Assembly: GCA_021738505.1 (NCBI GenBank)
Contig: JAIPBW010000002.1
Span: forward strand, 5,231 to 69,230
Source of the DNA: Bacteroidales bacterium
GTDB lineage: Bacteria > Bacteroidota > Bacteroidia > Bacteroidales > PWNQ01
Length of the DNA stretch: 64,000 nt
Reading direction: 5' to 3'
Shown: piece after piece, positions 37,549 to 47,330 of the stretch
Position numbering within the stretch: position 1 is the stretch's first letter
How the letters are laid out: each line of letters starts with the position of its first letter
Program-made: the position numbers and the translations under genes
The notes under the pieces: generated by a model
What the model saw: the letters and a program-made list of their open reading frames with translations, nothing else
Databases searched by the model: none
What the model was told of the DNA's origin: nothing

Positions 37549-39258
37549 ATGTTAAAAGGACATCCGAAAGGACTATTAGTGGCTTTTTTCGCTAATATGG
37601 GTGAACGCTTCGGCTATTACACCATGTTGGCGATTTTTGTGTTGTATCTCCAGGCAAATTTTGGCTTTAGCACAAGCCAGGCCGGAGATTATTATGGTGG
37701 CTTCCTGTTTGGTATTTATTTTCTCCCCATCCTTGGTGGTATTATTGCCGACCGGTGGCTGGGATATGGAAAAACAATCATTCTTGGAACGATAATTATG
37801 TTTGCCGGTTATATGATGCTGGCCTCACCAGGATTTTTTGACTTTACGGGAACAGCGATAATCATTGCTTCCTTGTTTGTCATCTCATTGGGAACAGGGT
37901 TGTTTAAGGGAAACCTTCAGGCTCTGGTTGGTAAACTTTATGATGATCCGCAATTTGCACCAAACCGTGATAATGCGTTTAATATCTTTTATATGGGTAT
38001 TAACATTGGTGCTTTCTTTGCTCCTACAGCAGCAACTGGTGTTGTAAACTGGGTACTTGGTGGTAAAGGATTTTCTTATGAAAGTTCAGCACCACATCTG
38101 GCTAACCTGCAAAAATCTGCACATCCATTTTTGGATAAGATGACCACTACGTTAAGTAGTAACTTTGATGGTGTTGTGACTTATACCGGAAAACTTCAAG
38201 GGTTTATGTCAGAAATGGGCTTCGACGGATCGCTTACAGATTTCATTACGACTTATCCAAAAACTCTTTCTACAGGGTATAGCTCTGGCTTTGCTATTGC
38301 TGCCATGAGTATGATTGTTTCTCTGATTATCTTTACCGTATTCCGTAAGCATTATAAACATGCTGATGTTACTGAGAAACAAAAAGAAGCTGCTGCAGCC
38401 GCAGCCGGAACCAAATCCGAAGCGGTTAAAATGACTAAAGAAGAAGAGAAAAAACGACTCGTTGCTCTCGGTCTTGTATTTATTACTGTAGCTTTCTTCT
38501 GGATGGCCTTCCACCAAAATGGATTTACACTTACTATCTTTGCTCGTGATTATACTGTTAGCGAAGTAAGTAAATTAACGTATATTTTCTTTGACCTACG
38601 CGCTTTCTTACCATTACTTGCTGCTGTAGGTGGATTAATATTCCTTTTACGTCCGAAGTCTTCTTCTAAAGCAAGAACGATTGGCGGTATATTTGCCATT
38701 GTTGGTGCTGCGTTGGGCTACTGGGCTTATTCCACATTTGATGCTAACCCAACTATTGAACCACAATTATTCCAGCACTTTAACCCGATCTTTATTGTAT
38801 TCCTCACACCGGTTATCGTAGGATTCTTTACCTGGTTACGTAAAAATGGCAAAGAGCCTTCTTCACCACGTAAGATTGGAATGGGTATGTTCCTTACAGC
38901 ACTTGGTTTTGCAGTTATGTTATATGGAGCCTTCAAACTACAGTCAATGACTGGTCTGAACCCATACTGGCTTATCGGAACGTATTTTACATTGACTATT
39001 GCTGAGCTTTTCCTTAGCCCGATTGGAATTTCTTTTGTATCTAAGGTTGCTCCTCCGAGATTTGTCGGCCTTGCACAAGGTGGATGGCTTGGTGCTACTG
39101 CAATTGGTAATCTACTTGCAGGTCTCGTGGGTAAGTTATGGGACATAGTTGAACTATGGCAGTTCTTTGCATTGCTCGTAGCACTGACGGTTCTTTCCGG
39201 AATATTTATCTTCTCAATCATGAGAATTCTGGAAAATGCAACAAAATCAAGTAATTAA
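37549..39258 (+). CDS. Proton-dependent oligopeptide transporter (POT/PTR2 family MFS)
   Basis: GHPKGLLVAFFANMGERFGYYTMLAIFVLYL and GGIIADRWLG are POT signatures. The protein has many TM helices. Confidence 0.85.
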   Translation: MLKGHPKGLLVAFFANMGERFGYYTMLAIFVLYLQANFGFSTSQAGDYYGGFLFGIYFLPILGGIIADRWLGYGKTIILGTIIMFAGYMMLASPGFFDFTGTAIIIASLFVISLGTGLFKGNLQALVGKLYDDPQFAPNRDNAFNIFYMGINIGAFFAPTAATGVVNWVLGGKGFSYESSAPHLANLQKSAHPFLDKMTTTLSSNFDGVVTYTGKLQGFMSEMGFDGSLTDFITTYPKTLSTGYSSGFAIAAMSMIVSLIIFTVFRKHYKHADVTEKQKEAAAAAAGTKSEAVKMTKEEEKKRLVALGLVFITVAFFWMAFHQNGFTLTIFARDYTVSEVSKLTYIFFDLRAFLPLLAAVGGLIFLLRPKSSSKARTIGGIFAIVGAALGYWAYSTFDANPTIEPQLFQHFNPIFIVFLTPVIVGFFTWLRKNGKEPSSPRKIGMGMFLTALGFAVMLYGAFKLQSMTGLNPYWLIGTYFTLTIAELFLSPIGISFVSKVAPPRFVGLAQGGWLGATAIGNLLAGLVGKLWDIVELWQFFALLVALTVLSGIFIFSIMRILENATKSSN

Positions 39259-39278
39259 TTTGAATAAAAACTTAGAAA

Positions 39279-39731
39279 ATGCAAGATATCATGAAAAAAC
39301 GTTTGTTTTTAATAAGTAGTTTATTTCTTGGATTGTTGATCTTCTCAGGTTGTGGTAGTGATACAACACCTATGGACGATTTAAAAACAGCATCCAAAGA
39401 GATAGACAAAATAGAAAAGCGTTCGGAAAATGTCAGTTCCACTGAAGAGGCCTTTCAGCTTATGCGTGACCTCAATCAGGAAGTTAAAGACGTAAGAGGT
39501 GCTGTAATGGCTCTCGATGCTGAATATACTGATATGAAACCGGGCAGTGAAGAGTTTGAGAAAGTTACTCAAACAGAAGAATATAAGCAAAAAGTTGCTG
39601 AATTCGAAAAAGTTAATGCTCAGATAGACTCCTCTCTTGCTACAATTAGCAAGAATATGGAACCTTATAAAGACAAAGAGCAGGTGGATCAGATGATCCA
39701 AAAACTTCAGGATTTGCTTATTTCACGCTAA
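39279..39731 (+). CDS. Hypothetical lipoprotein
   Basis: The lipobox is LLIFSGCGSD. The mature part is helical and rich in E and K. An alternative start is at 39291. Confidence 0.6.
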   Translation: MQDIMKKRLFLISSLFLGLLIFSGCGSDTTPMDDLKTASKEIDKIEKRSENVSSTEEAFQLMRDLNQEVKDVRGAVMALDAEYTDMKPGSEEFEKVTQTEEYKQKVAEFEKVNAQIDSSLATISKNMEPYKDKEQVDQMIQKLQDLLISR

Positions 39732-39760
39732 TCTAATATGCATAGCATAAACCTAAAAGG

Positions 39761-39792
39761 GGCTGTTCAAACCAGAACAGCCTCTTTTTTTT
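39761..39792 (+). terminator. Rho-independent terminator of the lipoprotein gene
   Basis: GGCTGTTC pairs with GAACAGCC and is followed by TCTTTTTTTT. The T-run runs directly into the ORF-track ATG at 39793. Confidence 0.75.
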
Positions 39793-39937
39793 ATGAGCAA
39801 ATTCCCTGCTCTTTTAAATGAAAAATATGATGAAAGTTTAGGAAAATTACAATATCCTGTTTTTGATGTTTTCATCAATGAACTCAAATTTGCTTGTGTT
39901 TTATATCAAAGAACGTCAGAAATTCACTTTAAAAAAC

Positions 39938-39945
39938 TATTTTTG
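39938..39945 (+). promoter_or_regulatory. -7 box for the TIGR01212-type radical SAM gene
   Basis: TATTTTTG ends 6 nt before the ATG at 39952, inside the ORF-track extension. Confidence 0.45.
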
Positions 39946-39951
39946 CCCGTT

Positions 39952-40890
39952 ATGATTTATCCCTGGGGAACTGAAAGACGATTTAATGCCTATGTCAACT
40001 ATCTGCGAAAGCGATTTGGTTATCGTATGCAGAAAGTAGCCATTGATGCAGGCTTTACTTGTCCAAACCGTGATGGTAAAGTGGGCTATGGAGGATGCAC
40101 CTATTGCGATAATAATGCATTTAACCCTTCTTATTGTAATGCCAACACCAGTATATATGAACAGGTGGAAGAAGGAGTGCGCTTTCAAAAAATTCGATAC
40201 AAAAACGCGGTTAGCTTCCTGGCTTATTTTCAGGCTTATTCGAATACATATGATAGCCTGGATAATTTAAAAAAGATATATGAACAAGCACTTGCCCATA
40301 AGGATATTCAGGGACTTGTGATAGGAACACGTCCTGATGCCATTGACAGTGAAAAGCTAAAATACCTGTCGGAGCTTGCGCAGGATTATTTTGTTACTGT
40401 TGAATATGGGATTGAATCATGTTATGATAAAACATTGCGGCGCATTAACCGGGGACATGATTTTGCAACCACAGTTAAAGCTATTGAAGAAACAGCAGGA
40501 TTTGGGTTACCTGTTGGAGGACACTTGATTTTTGGTTTGCCGGGAGAAAGCAGGGATGATATGATGGAGGAAGCTTCCATAATATCACAATTACCATTAA
40601 CAAATTTAAAATTACACCAGCTGCAGTTGTTTTATAATACAGCTATAGCTGAGGACTATTTGCAGAATCCAGAAGATTTTTTGTTGTTGGACTATGAAGC
40701 GTATAAAGACTTCGTTATTGATTTTTTGGAATTATTGTCCCCGGATATTAAGATCGAAAGACTTGCAGGAGAGGCTCCGCCAAGATTTATTGTCGCCAAC
40801 CAATGGGATATCAGAAACGATCAGATATTAAATGGAATTGAACAAAGGATGGCTGACAGGGATAGTTGGCAGGGAAAACGATTTAGCTAA
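39952..40890 (+). CDS. Radical SAM protein, TIGR01212/YhcC family
   Basis: KVAIDAGFTCPNRDGKVGYGGCTYCDN is the family-specific Cys motif. I prefer the start at 39952 because a terminator and a promoter box lie inside the 39793 extension. Confidence 0.8.
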   Translation: MIYPWGTERRFNAYVNYLRKRFGYRMQKVAIDAGFTCPNRDGKVGYGGCTYCDNNAFNPSYCNANTSIYEQVEEGVRFQKIRYKNAVSFLAYFQAYSNTYDSLDNLKKIYEQALAHKDIQGLVIGTRPDAIDSEKLKYLSELAQDYFVTVEYGIESCYDKTLRRINRGHDFATTVKAIEETAGFGLPVGGHLIFGLPGESRDDMMEEASIISQLPLTNLKLHQLQLFYNTAIAEDYLQNPEDFLLLDYEAYKDFVIDFLELLSPDIKIERLAGEAPPRFIVANQWDIRNDQILNGIEQRMADRDSWQGKRFS

Positions 40891-41078
40891 ATATGTGAAC
40901 AAAATTTCATGATTTTTTAGGACAAAAAATTTACGAATTCGTGATCTGATTCACTTTTTGGGAAATATCAATCAGGGCATAAGGAGAAAATTTAGCTCTA
41001 AAAACCCGATTTAGACGCTAATTGTGAGAAATTTTCAATTCCATGCCTCCCATTATTGGTAATTTGATAATGTTATTC

Positions 41079-41086
41079 TATATTTG
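41079..41086 (+). promoter_or_regulatory. -7 box for secDF
   Basis: TATATTTG lies 41 nt before the ATG at 41128. Confidence 0.45.
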
Positions 41087-41127
41087 CAGCCTTATTAAAA
41101 TGGATTAATAATAATAATTTTATACTC

Positions 41128-44100
41128 ATGCAGAATAAAGGAGCGATACGGCTTTTTGCCATTGTGTTTGCCATTGTTAGTTTGTATCAATTATCATTTA
41201 CTTTCTTTTCTTCAAACGTTGAAAGTAATGCCGATGAATATGCAAACCGTCAGGAAATTCAGGAAAAAGCCTCAGAATTAGCCGATGGAGATCCGGTCAT
41301 GCAAAGGTTCTATTATGACTCACTTTCACAGGCCAACAGAAAGTATTATCTGGATTCCATGTCCAATGAAGTAGTTTATAACATTGGAATCCGAAAATAC
41401 ACTTACGAGGAATGTAAGGAACGTGAGCTTAATCTCGGTTTGGACCTGAAAGGGGGGATGAACGTTACTTTGGAAGTGTCAGTGGTTGATGTTATAAAAT
41501 CAATGGCTGCTGATAAAGTTACGGAAGATCCCAATTCGGATTTTAATAAAGCCATTGATCGGGCCAAAGAAAAACAGAAAGATAGCCAGGAGGATTTTGT
41601 TACGCTCTTTTATGAGTCATTACAGGAAATCAATCCGGATGCCCGGTTAGCTCCGATGTTTACAACAATAGACTTGAGAGACAGGATAAACCCGAATTCT
41701 ACGGACGAAGAAGTCCTTCAGGTTATACGTACTGAAACGGAAAGTGCCATTGATCGCTCTTTTGAAATCTTGCGCACCAGAATTGACCGTTTTGGAGTGG
41801 CACAGCCCAATATTCAAAAACTTCAGGGGTCCGGGCGTATTTTAGTTGAGTTACCCGGAGTGAAAGACCCCGAGCGTGTTCGTTCGTTACTGCAGGGAAC
41901 TGCACATCTTCAATTTTTTGAAACATATGAATTTTCCGAAATTTATGATGTTTTCACAAAAGCCAATGAGCGGGTATCAAAAATCGTAAGAGGTGAAAAA
42001 CTCGGAAAAGAGATTGATAGCACTAAAGTTGATTCTGCTGCACAACAAGATGTTTTAATGGACGGGAATGAAGCTCCTGTAGCTACTGATGAAGAAGCTG
42101 ACGAAGGAGGGCAAAATGTTATCGATGAGTTTGGCGAAGGTGCTGATCAGAATCAAGGTAGTGATGACATTGATGAGTTAGTGCAACAAGATGAGGATAC
42201 AACACAAACTCAGCAAGCCCAAAACCAAGCGTTGTTTAACGTGTTAATGCCTGCCTTCGGACAAGATGAACAAGGTCGGCCTTATCCCATGAAAGGCCCT
42301 GTGGTGGGTTATGCTGAAGTAAAAGATACAGCAAAAGTGAACCGGTATCTTAGCATGCCTCAGGTTAAGGCATTGTTTCCAAGAGATCTAAAGTTAGCCT
42401 GGTCTGTCAAACCGATGGAAGAACAGGAAAATGTGTATATGCTTATTGCCCTGAAAACAGAACGCGGGGGAAAAGCTCCTTTAAGTGGCGATAAAGTAGT
42501 AAATGCGAAGCAAGATGTTCGTCAAAATGGAGAAGTAGAAGTAACCATGATGATGGACAGCGAAGGAGCGCGTATCTGGAAACGACTGACAGGTGCCAAT
42601 AAAGGTCGCTCTATTGCTATTGTCCTTGATGATTATGTTTATTCTTTCCCAACGGTACAGGGAGAAATTCCTAACGGTCGCTCTTCGATTTCTGGTAATT
42701 TTACGACCGAGGAAGCTCAGGACCTGGCCAATATTTTGAAAGCGGGAAAACTTCCGGCTCCTGCTAAAATTGTTGAGGAAGCCGTTGTTGGTCCCTCGCT
42801 GGGTGAAGAGGCTGTTAATTCCGGTCTGATTTCCTTTATCATTGCTTTTGTGGTCGTCTTGATATATATGATCTCATACTATAGCAAAGCCGGACTTGTT
42901 GCCGACTTAGCTTTGTTAACGAATGTATTCTTTATTTTTGGAGTGTTAGCATCATTGCAGGCCGTACTTACACTACCCGGAATTGCCGGTATTGTACTTA
43001 CATTAGGTATGGCAGTGGATGCAAACGTGATTATCTATGAACGTATTAAAGAAGAGGTTCGAGCAGGTAAAGGAAAGAAATTAGCTATTGCAGATGGTTA
43101 TAAAAATGCCTATTCCGCAATTATTGACGGTAACGTTACAACCTTAATTACCGGCGTTGTGCTTGTGATCTTCGGATCCGGTCCCGTCAAAGGATTTGCA
43201 ACAACTTTGATTATTGGTATCCTGACGTCATTGTTTACCGCTATATTCCTATCACGCCTTGTCTTCAGCTGGATGGCCAATAAAAACATTGAGGCAACCT
43301 TTGCTAATAAATTTACAAAAAATACACTGGCTAAGGTGAATTTTGACTTTATATCCAAACGTAAGATAATGTATACAATTTCAATTATTGTTATATTGAT
43401 TGGAATAATTTCATTATCAACAAGAGGTTTGAATTATGGTGTTGATTTTAGTGGTGGCCGTACCTATGTTGTCCGGTTTGATAAGGATATTAATACCGTG
43501 AAACTGTCGGAATCCTTAGCTCAAACATTTGTGGACGATGAAGGCAATACGTATCCTCCGGAAGTAAAAACGTTTGGCCCGTCTAATCAGGTGAAGGTTA
43601 CTACAGAATTCTTAATTGAGGATGACAAAGAGGAAACAGATTCTATAGTAGCAGCCAGGTTATATGAAGGAAGTCGCGATTTTTATGACAATGATGTTGA
43701 CCGTGAAGAATTTGTTTCCAGCACGGAGGAGGATGTAATTGGTATAATGAGTTCCCAGAAAGTTGGGCCGACTATTGCCGATGATATCAAACGTAATGCA
43801 GTGCTTGCTATTGGTATTGCACTGGTGTTGATGTTTGTCTACATCGCTGTAAGATTCCGTAAATGGCAATATGGATTAGGTGGTTTATCCGCTCTGTTCC
43901 ACGACTCCCTGATTGTTGTTTCACTATATTCGATATTCCACGGAATATTGCCTTTTGCTATGGAAGTTGATCAATCGTTTATTGCTGCAATTCTTACGAT
44001 AATCGGTTATTCGATTAATGACTCTGTGGTTATTTTTGACAGGATCAGAGAGCATAAAAAACTTTATCCCAAACGATCGAGAAAAGATAATATCAACTCA

Positions 44101-44358
44101 GCCCTGAATAGCACTCTTGCCAGAACAATTAATACTTCAGGAACTACCTTCCTCGTGTTGTTGATTATCTTCCTGTTAGGAGGAGAAGTCATTCGGGGAT
44201 TTGCTTTTGCATTGATGATTGGTGTTCTGGTGGGTACATATTCTTCCTTGTTTAATGCCAGTCCCGTTTCTTATGACCTCCTAATGGCAGATGATAAGAA
44301 AAAAGCATTGAAAGAAGAAAAAGCAGCTCAAAACAAGAAGAAAAAGAAAAAGAAATAA
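41128..44358 (+). CDS. secDF: Protein translocase subunit SecDF (fused SecD-SecF)
   Basis: LGLDLKGGMNVTLEV is the SecD P1 head. There are two 6-TM blocks (GIAGIVLTLGMAVDANVIIYERIKEE and TIIGYSINDSVVIFDRIRE), an acidic insert and a poly-K tail. Confidence 0.9.
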   Translation: MQNKGAIRLFAIVFAIVSLYQLSFTFFSSNVESNADEYANRQEIQEKASELADGDPVMQRFYYDSLSQANRKYYLDSMSNEVVYNIGIRKYTYEECKERELNLGLDLKGGMNVTLEVSVVDVIKSMAADKVTEDPNSDFNKAIDRAKEKQKDSQEDFVTLFYESLQEINPDARLAPMFTTIDLRDRINPNSTDEEVLQVIRTETESAIDRSFEILRTRIDRFGVAQPNIQKLQGSGRILVELPGVKDPERVRSLLQGTAHLQFFETYEFSEIYDVFTKANERVSKIVRGEKLGKEIDSTKVDSAAQQDVLMDGNEAPVATDEEADEGGQNVIDEFGEGADQNQGSDDIDELVQQDEDTTQTQQAQNQALFNVLMPAFGQDEQGRPYPMKGPVVGYAEVKDTAKVNRYLSMPQVKALFPRDLKLAWSVKPMEEQENVYMLIALKTERGGKAPLSGDKVVNAKQDVRQNGEVEVTMMMDSEGARIWKRLTGANKGRSIAIVLDDYVYSFPTVQGEIPNGRSSISGNFTTEEAQDLANILKAGKLPAPAKIVEEAVVGPSLGEEAVNSGLISFIIAFVVVLIYMISYYSKAGLVADLALLTNVFFIFGVLASLQAVLTLPGIAGIVLTLGMAVDANVIIYERIKEEVRAGKGKKLAIADGYKNAYSAIIDGNVTTLITGVVLVIFGSGPVKGFATTLIIGILTSLFTAIFLSRLVFSWMANKNIEATFANKFTKNTLAKVNFDFISKRKIMYTISIIVILIGIISLSTRGLNYGVDFSGGRTYVVRFDKDINTVKLSESLAQTFVDDEGNTYPPEVKTFGPSNQVKVTTEFLIEDDKEETDSIVAARLYEGSRDFYDNDVDREEFVSSTEEDVIGIMSSQKVGPTIADDIKRNAVLAIGIALVLMFVYIAVRFRKWQYGLGGLSALFHDSLIVVSLYSIFHGILPFAMEVDQSFIAAILTIIGYSINDSVVIFDRIREHKKLYPKRSRKDNINSALNSTLARTINTSGTTFLVLLIIFLLGGEVIRGFAFALMIGVLVGTYSSLFNASPVSYDLLMADDKKKALKEEKAAQNKKKKKKK

Positions 44359-44376
44359 TGAAATATAGATAAAAAG

Positions 44377-44407
44377 AAAAGGGTTGTAGATATGCAACCC
44401 TTTTTTT
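44377..44407 (+). terminator. Rho-independent terminator of secDF
   Basis: AAAAGGGTTG...CAACCC is followed by TTTTTTT. Confidence 0.75.
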
Positions 44408-44734
44408 GTATATTCGTTAAATAATAGGGATTAACCGATAATAGAATTGGAGGCAGAAGTTTTTTTATTGACGAAGGAGATTTGCGATAATGGGACGATA
44501 CCTAATACTAATTGGATCAAGTTAAAATCTAAAAAATCAACTTAATCTTATTAAATTGTTAATTTAAATTCAGTATTATTTTTTAAAAAGAAAATATTTC
44601 TTTAATTTAGCGCGCCAACTATAAATAAATGTGGATAGCGAAGCAGAGCTAAAAAATGTGTAATCAATATCGTATAAGGTAATCGTTGTCATTGCGGTAA
44701 TTGATTAGACGAATAAATAAAAAATATTAAGCGC

Positions 44735-47251
44735 ATGAAGTGTTTTAAACCGTTTTTCTTATTAATAGTGATGTTTGCAATTTTTTCATCATCACTTAGT
44801 GCACAAAAGAATTATACAGAAGAAGCCGATGATGCATATGAAATGAAAATGTATTATGAGGCAATTGATCTGTACAAAAAGGCATATAGTAAAACCAGCA
44901 ATAAGGCGGAAAAGCAAAGGATTCTTTTCCGAATGGCTGAAAGTTATCGTTTGTCAAATAATATCCGCAGAGCCGAGTTTGCATATTTAAGAGCTATCCG
45001 GTCAGGATATTCTGATCCTATAGTGCACTTGCGTTATGGTGATGTTTTGCGAATGCGTGAAAAATTTGAAGATGCGATTGAGCAATATAAAAAGTATAAA
45101 GAAAAAGTTCCTGATGACGAGCGTGCCGATGTTGGTATAGAGTCAGCTAAGCTTGCAAGTGACTGGCTGGAAAATCCAACACGGTATAAAGTAGAGGCGG
45201 ATCGCAGAATCAATGACCGTGAAGGAGATTTTGCTCCTACCTATGCCGATCGAAATTATAAATCTGTAGTGTTTACTTCTACAAGAAAAGAAGCTACAGG
45301 GAAACTTGATCCCAATACCGGACAGCCTTTTTCTGATTTATTTATTACGGAAAGAGATAAACGCGGCAACTGGAGTCGTGCAGAGTTATTAGAAGAAGAT
45401 GAAGTTATTAATACAGGTGTGAACGAAGGGGCTGCTACTTTCGACCGTCGTTTTACCACAATGTATTTTACCCGCTGCCCGATGGAAAAGGGAAAAGTTT
45501 TGTCATGTAAAATTTATTTTTCTAAAAAAAGAGGACGCTCCTGGAGCGAACCTGAAAAACTTGATTTAGGCCCCGATACGTTTAGTTATAAACATCCGGC
45601 TATTTCTTCCGATGAACGTACAATCTATTTTGCTTCTGATATGAAAGGTGGTGAAGGTAAATATGATATTTGGAAAGCAACTCGCAGAAGTTCTTCCAGA
45701 CCTTTTGGTGAAGCCGAGAATATAGGTACCGTAATTAATACACAAGAAAATGAACTTTATCCGGTTTTAAGAGATGATAATACCTTGTATTTCACCTCTA
45801 CAGGACATCCCGGATTGGGAGGAAGAGATATTTTCGTTACGGAAAAAGAAGACGGCGAATGGACGGAGCCTGAGAATATGAAATTCCCGATCAATTCTCA
45901 TATGGATGACTTCGGTATTGCATTTAATAAAAACGAACGTACACTGGAAGAAAATAAAGCCGAAGAAATGGGCTTTTTCTCTACAAATCGTCGCGGAGGA
46001 CGTGGAGGTGATGATATTTGGCATTTTCATCTGCCGGAGATTATTTTTACTATTTCCGGAAAAGTGCGCGACGAGAACACATTACAGCTCTTATCTGATG
46101 CAGATGTTTCTATGACTGGATCCGATGGTTCTTCCGTTGAAACAAAAACGGATGAAACAGGGAAATATATGTTTAATAAACGACAAGTGAATAAAAATAC
46201 GTCTTATGAAATTACAGTCTCTAAAGACGGATATTTGCCAAATTCTAAAAAAGAAACGACTGTTGGATTAAAAAGCAGTAAAGATCTGGTATTAGACTTC
46301 ACGTTAGAACCCATTCCGGACGAGCCGGTGCCATTACCGGAAATTAGGTTTGCTCTTGACAAATGGGATCTGCAAGAACAATATAAAGACTCCCTTAATG
46401 GTCTTATTAAAACAATGAAAGACAATCCGCAATTGGTTGTTGAATTAGGGACTCATACAGACTTCCGTGGAGATGATAATTACAATGATACCCTTTCATT
46501 GAAAAGAGCTAAGTCTATTGTAGATTATCTTATATCTCAGGGTATTGACCAGCAGCGTCTTGTGCCGAAAGGCTATGGTGAAAGAATGCCAAGAACCTTG
46601 AATGAGGATATCACAATTGATGGATATACTTTTGAAAAAGGAACAACGCTGGATGAAGAATATATTAAAGGCTTAAGACCTAAGAGTAAGAGGGAGGCTG
46701 CTCACCAGCTTAACAGACGCTCTACATTTAAGATACTACGTACTGACTATGTCCCACAAAAAGACCAGGTCGCAGATGTGGATACAACCGGATTTGGTGG
46801 AATTTCACTTAACCCGGAAGAAAACAAAGTGAATCTGCTTGTTGAGGATAATACATACTTTATTCCAATCATCGCCAATGGCGTGCTCTTAAAGGCTGCC
46901 TACAAGCAAAATACAGATGGTATTTATCTTTCGTATGATATAGCGATGAACTTCCTTACAAACGCCAGAATTACAAAGCAAAACTTTACTAAAGGTGTTG
47001 ATGCTATTAAAGATGATGGTACGATTGTGGATAACGCAGAATTAACAATAGATAATGTCAGCATCGGAAATAAAGAATTGACTAATGTGAAGATGACGGT
47101 TATAAAAGAACAGGAGCATGATCTTGTTATTGGCAATTCTGGAATTAAAGAGTTTGGAAAATTTTCTTTAGATCAGGAAAATGATATTCTGGTTTTTGAT
47201 AAAAAACAGACAGAAAAACAACAAGAGGAAGAACAAGAAGAAAATCAGTAG
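44735..47251 (+). CDS. Multidomain OmpA-family protein (TPR + TolB-like beta-propeller + CarboxypepD_reg-like + OmpA_C-like + extra C-terminal domain)
   Basis: It has a signal peptide, TPR-like repeats and WD40-like/TolB repeats (TIYFASDMKGGEGKYDIW, TLYFTSTGHPGLGGRDIF). The OmpA_C motif is FALDKWDL...NDTLSLKRAKSIVDYL...NRRSTFKI. Confidence 0.8.
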   Translation: MKCFKPFFLLIVMFAIFSSSLSAQKNYTEEADDAYEMKMYYEAIDLYKKAYSKTSNKAEKQRILFRMAESYRLSNNIRRAEFAYLRAIRSGYSDPIVHLRYGDVLRMREKFEDAIEQYKKYKEKVPDDERADVGIESAKLASDWLENPTRYKVEADRRINDREGDFAPTYADRNYKSVVFTSTRKEATGKLDPNTGQPFSDLFITERDKRGNWSRAELLEEDEVINTGVNEGAATFDRRFTTMYFTRCPMEKGKVLSCKIYFSKKRGRSWSEPEKLDLGPDTFSYKHPAISSDERTIYFASDMKGGEGKYDIWKATRRSSSRPFGEAENIGTVINTQENELYPVLRDDNTLYFTSTGHPGLGGRDIFVTEKEDGEWTEPENMKFPINSHMDDFGIAFNKNERTLEENKAEEMGFFSTNRRGGRGGDDIWHFHLPEIIFTISGKVRDENTLQLLSDADVSMTGSDGSSVETKTDETGKYMFNKRQVNKNTSYEITVSKDGYLPNSKKETTVGLKSSKDLVLDFTLEPIPDEPVPLPEIRFALDKWDLQEQYKDSLNGLIKTMKDNPQLVVELGTHTDFRGDDNYNDTLSLKRAKSIVDYLISQGIDQQRLVPKGYGERMPRTLNEDITIDGYTFEKGTTLDEEYIKGLRPKSKREAAHQLNRRSTFKILRTDYVPQKDQVADVDTTGFGGISLNPEENKVNLLVEDNTYFIPIIANGVLLKAAYKQNTDGIYLSYDIAMNFLTNARITKQNFTKGVDAIKDDGTIVDNAELTIDNVSIGNKELTNVKMTVIKEQEHDLVIGNSGIKEFGKFSLDQENDILVFDKKQTEKQQEEEQEENQ

Positions 47252-47271
47252 CTTTTTTAACATATTGAATT

Positions 47272-47308
47272 CCCGAAGCTTTCATAACCTGAAAGTTTCG
47301 GGTTTTTT
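47272..47308 (+). terminator. Rho-independent terminator of the OmpA-family gene
   Basis: CCCGAAGCTTTC pairs with GAAAGTTTCGGG (one G-U pair) and is followed by TTTTTT. It lies inside the ORF-track extension of purM. Confidence 0.75.
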
Positions 47309-47330
47309 ATTTGACAGATCAAATAAAATT

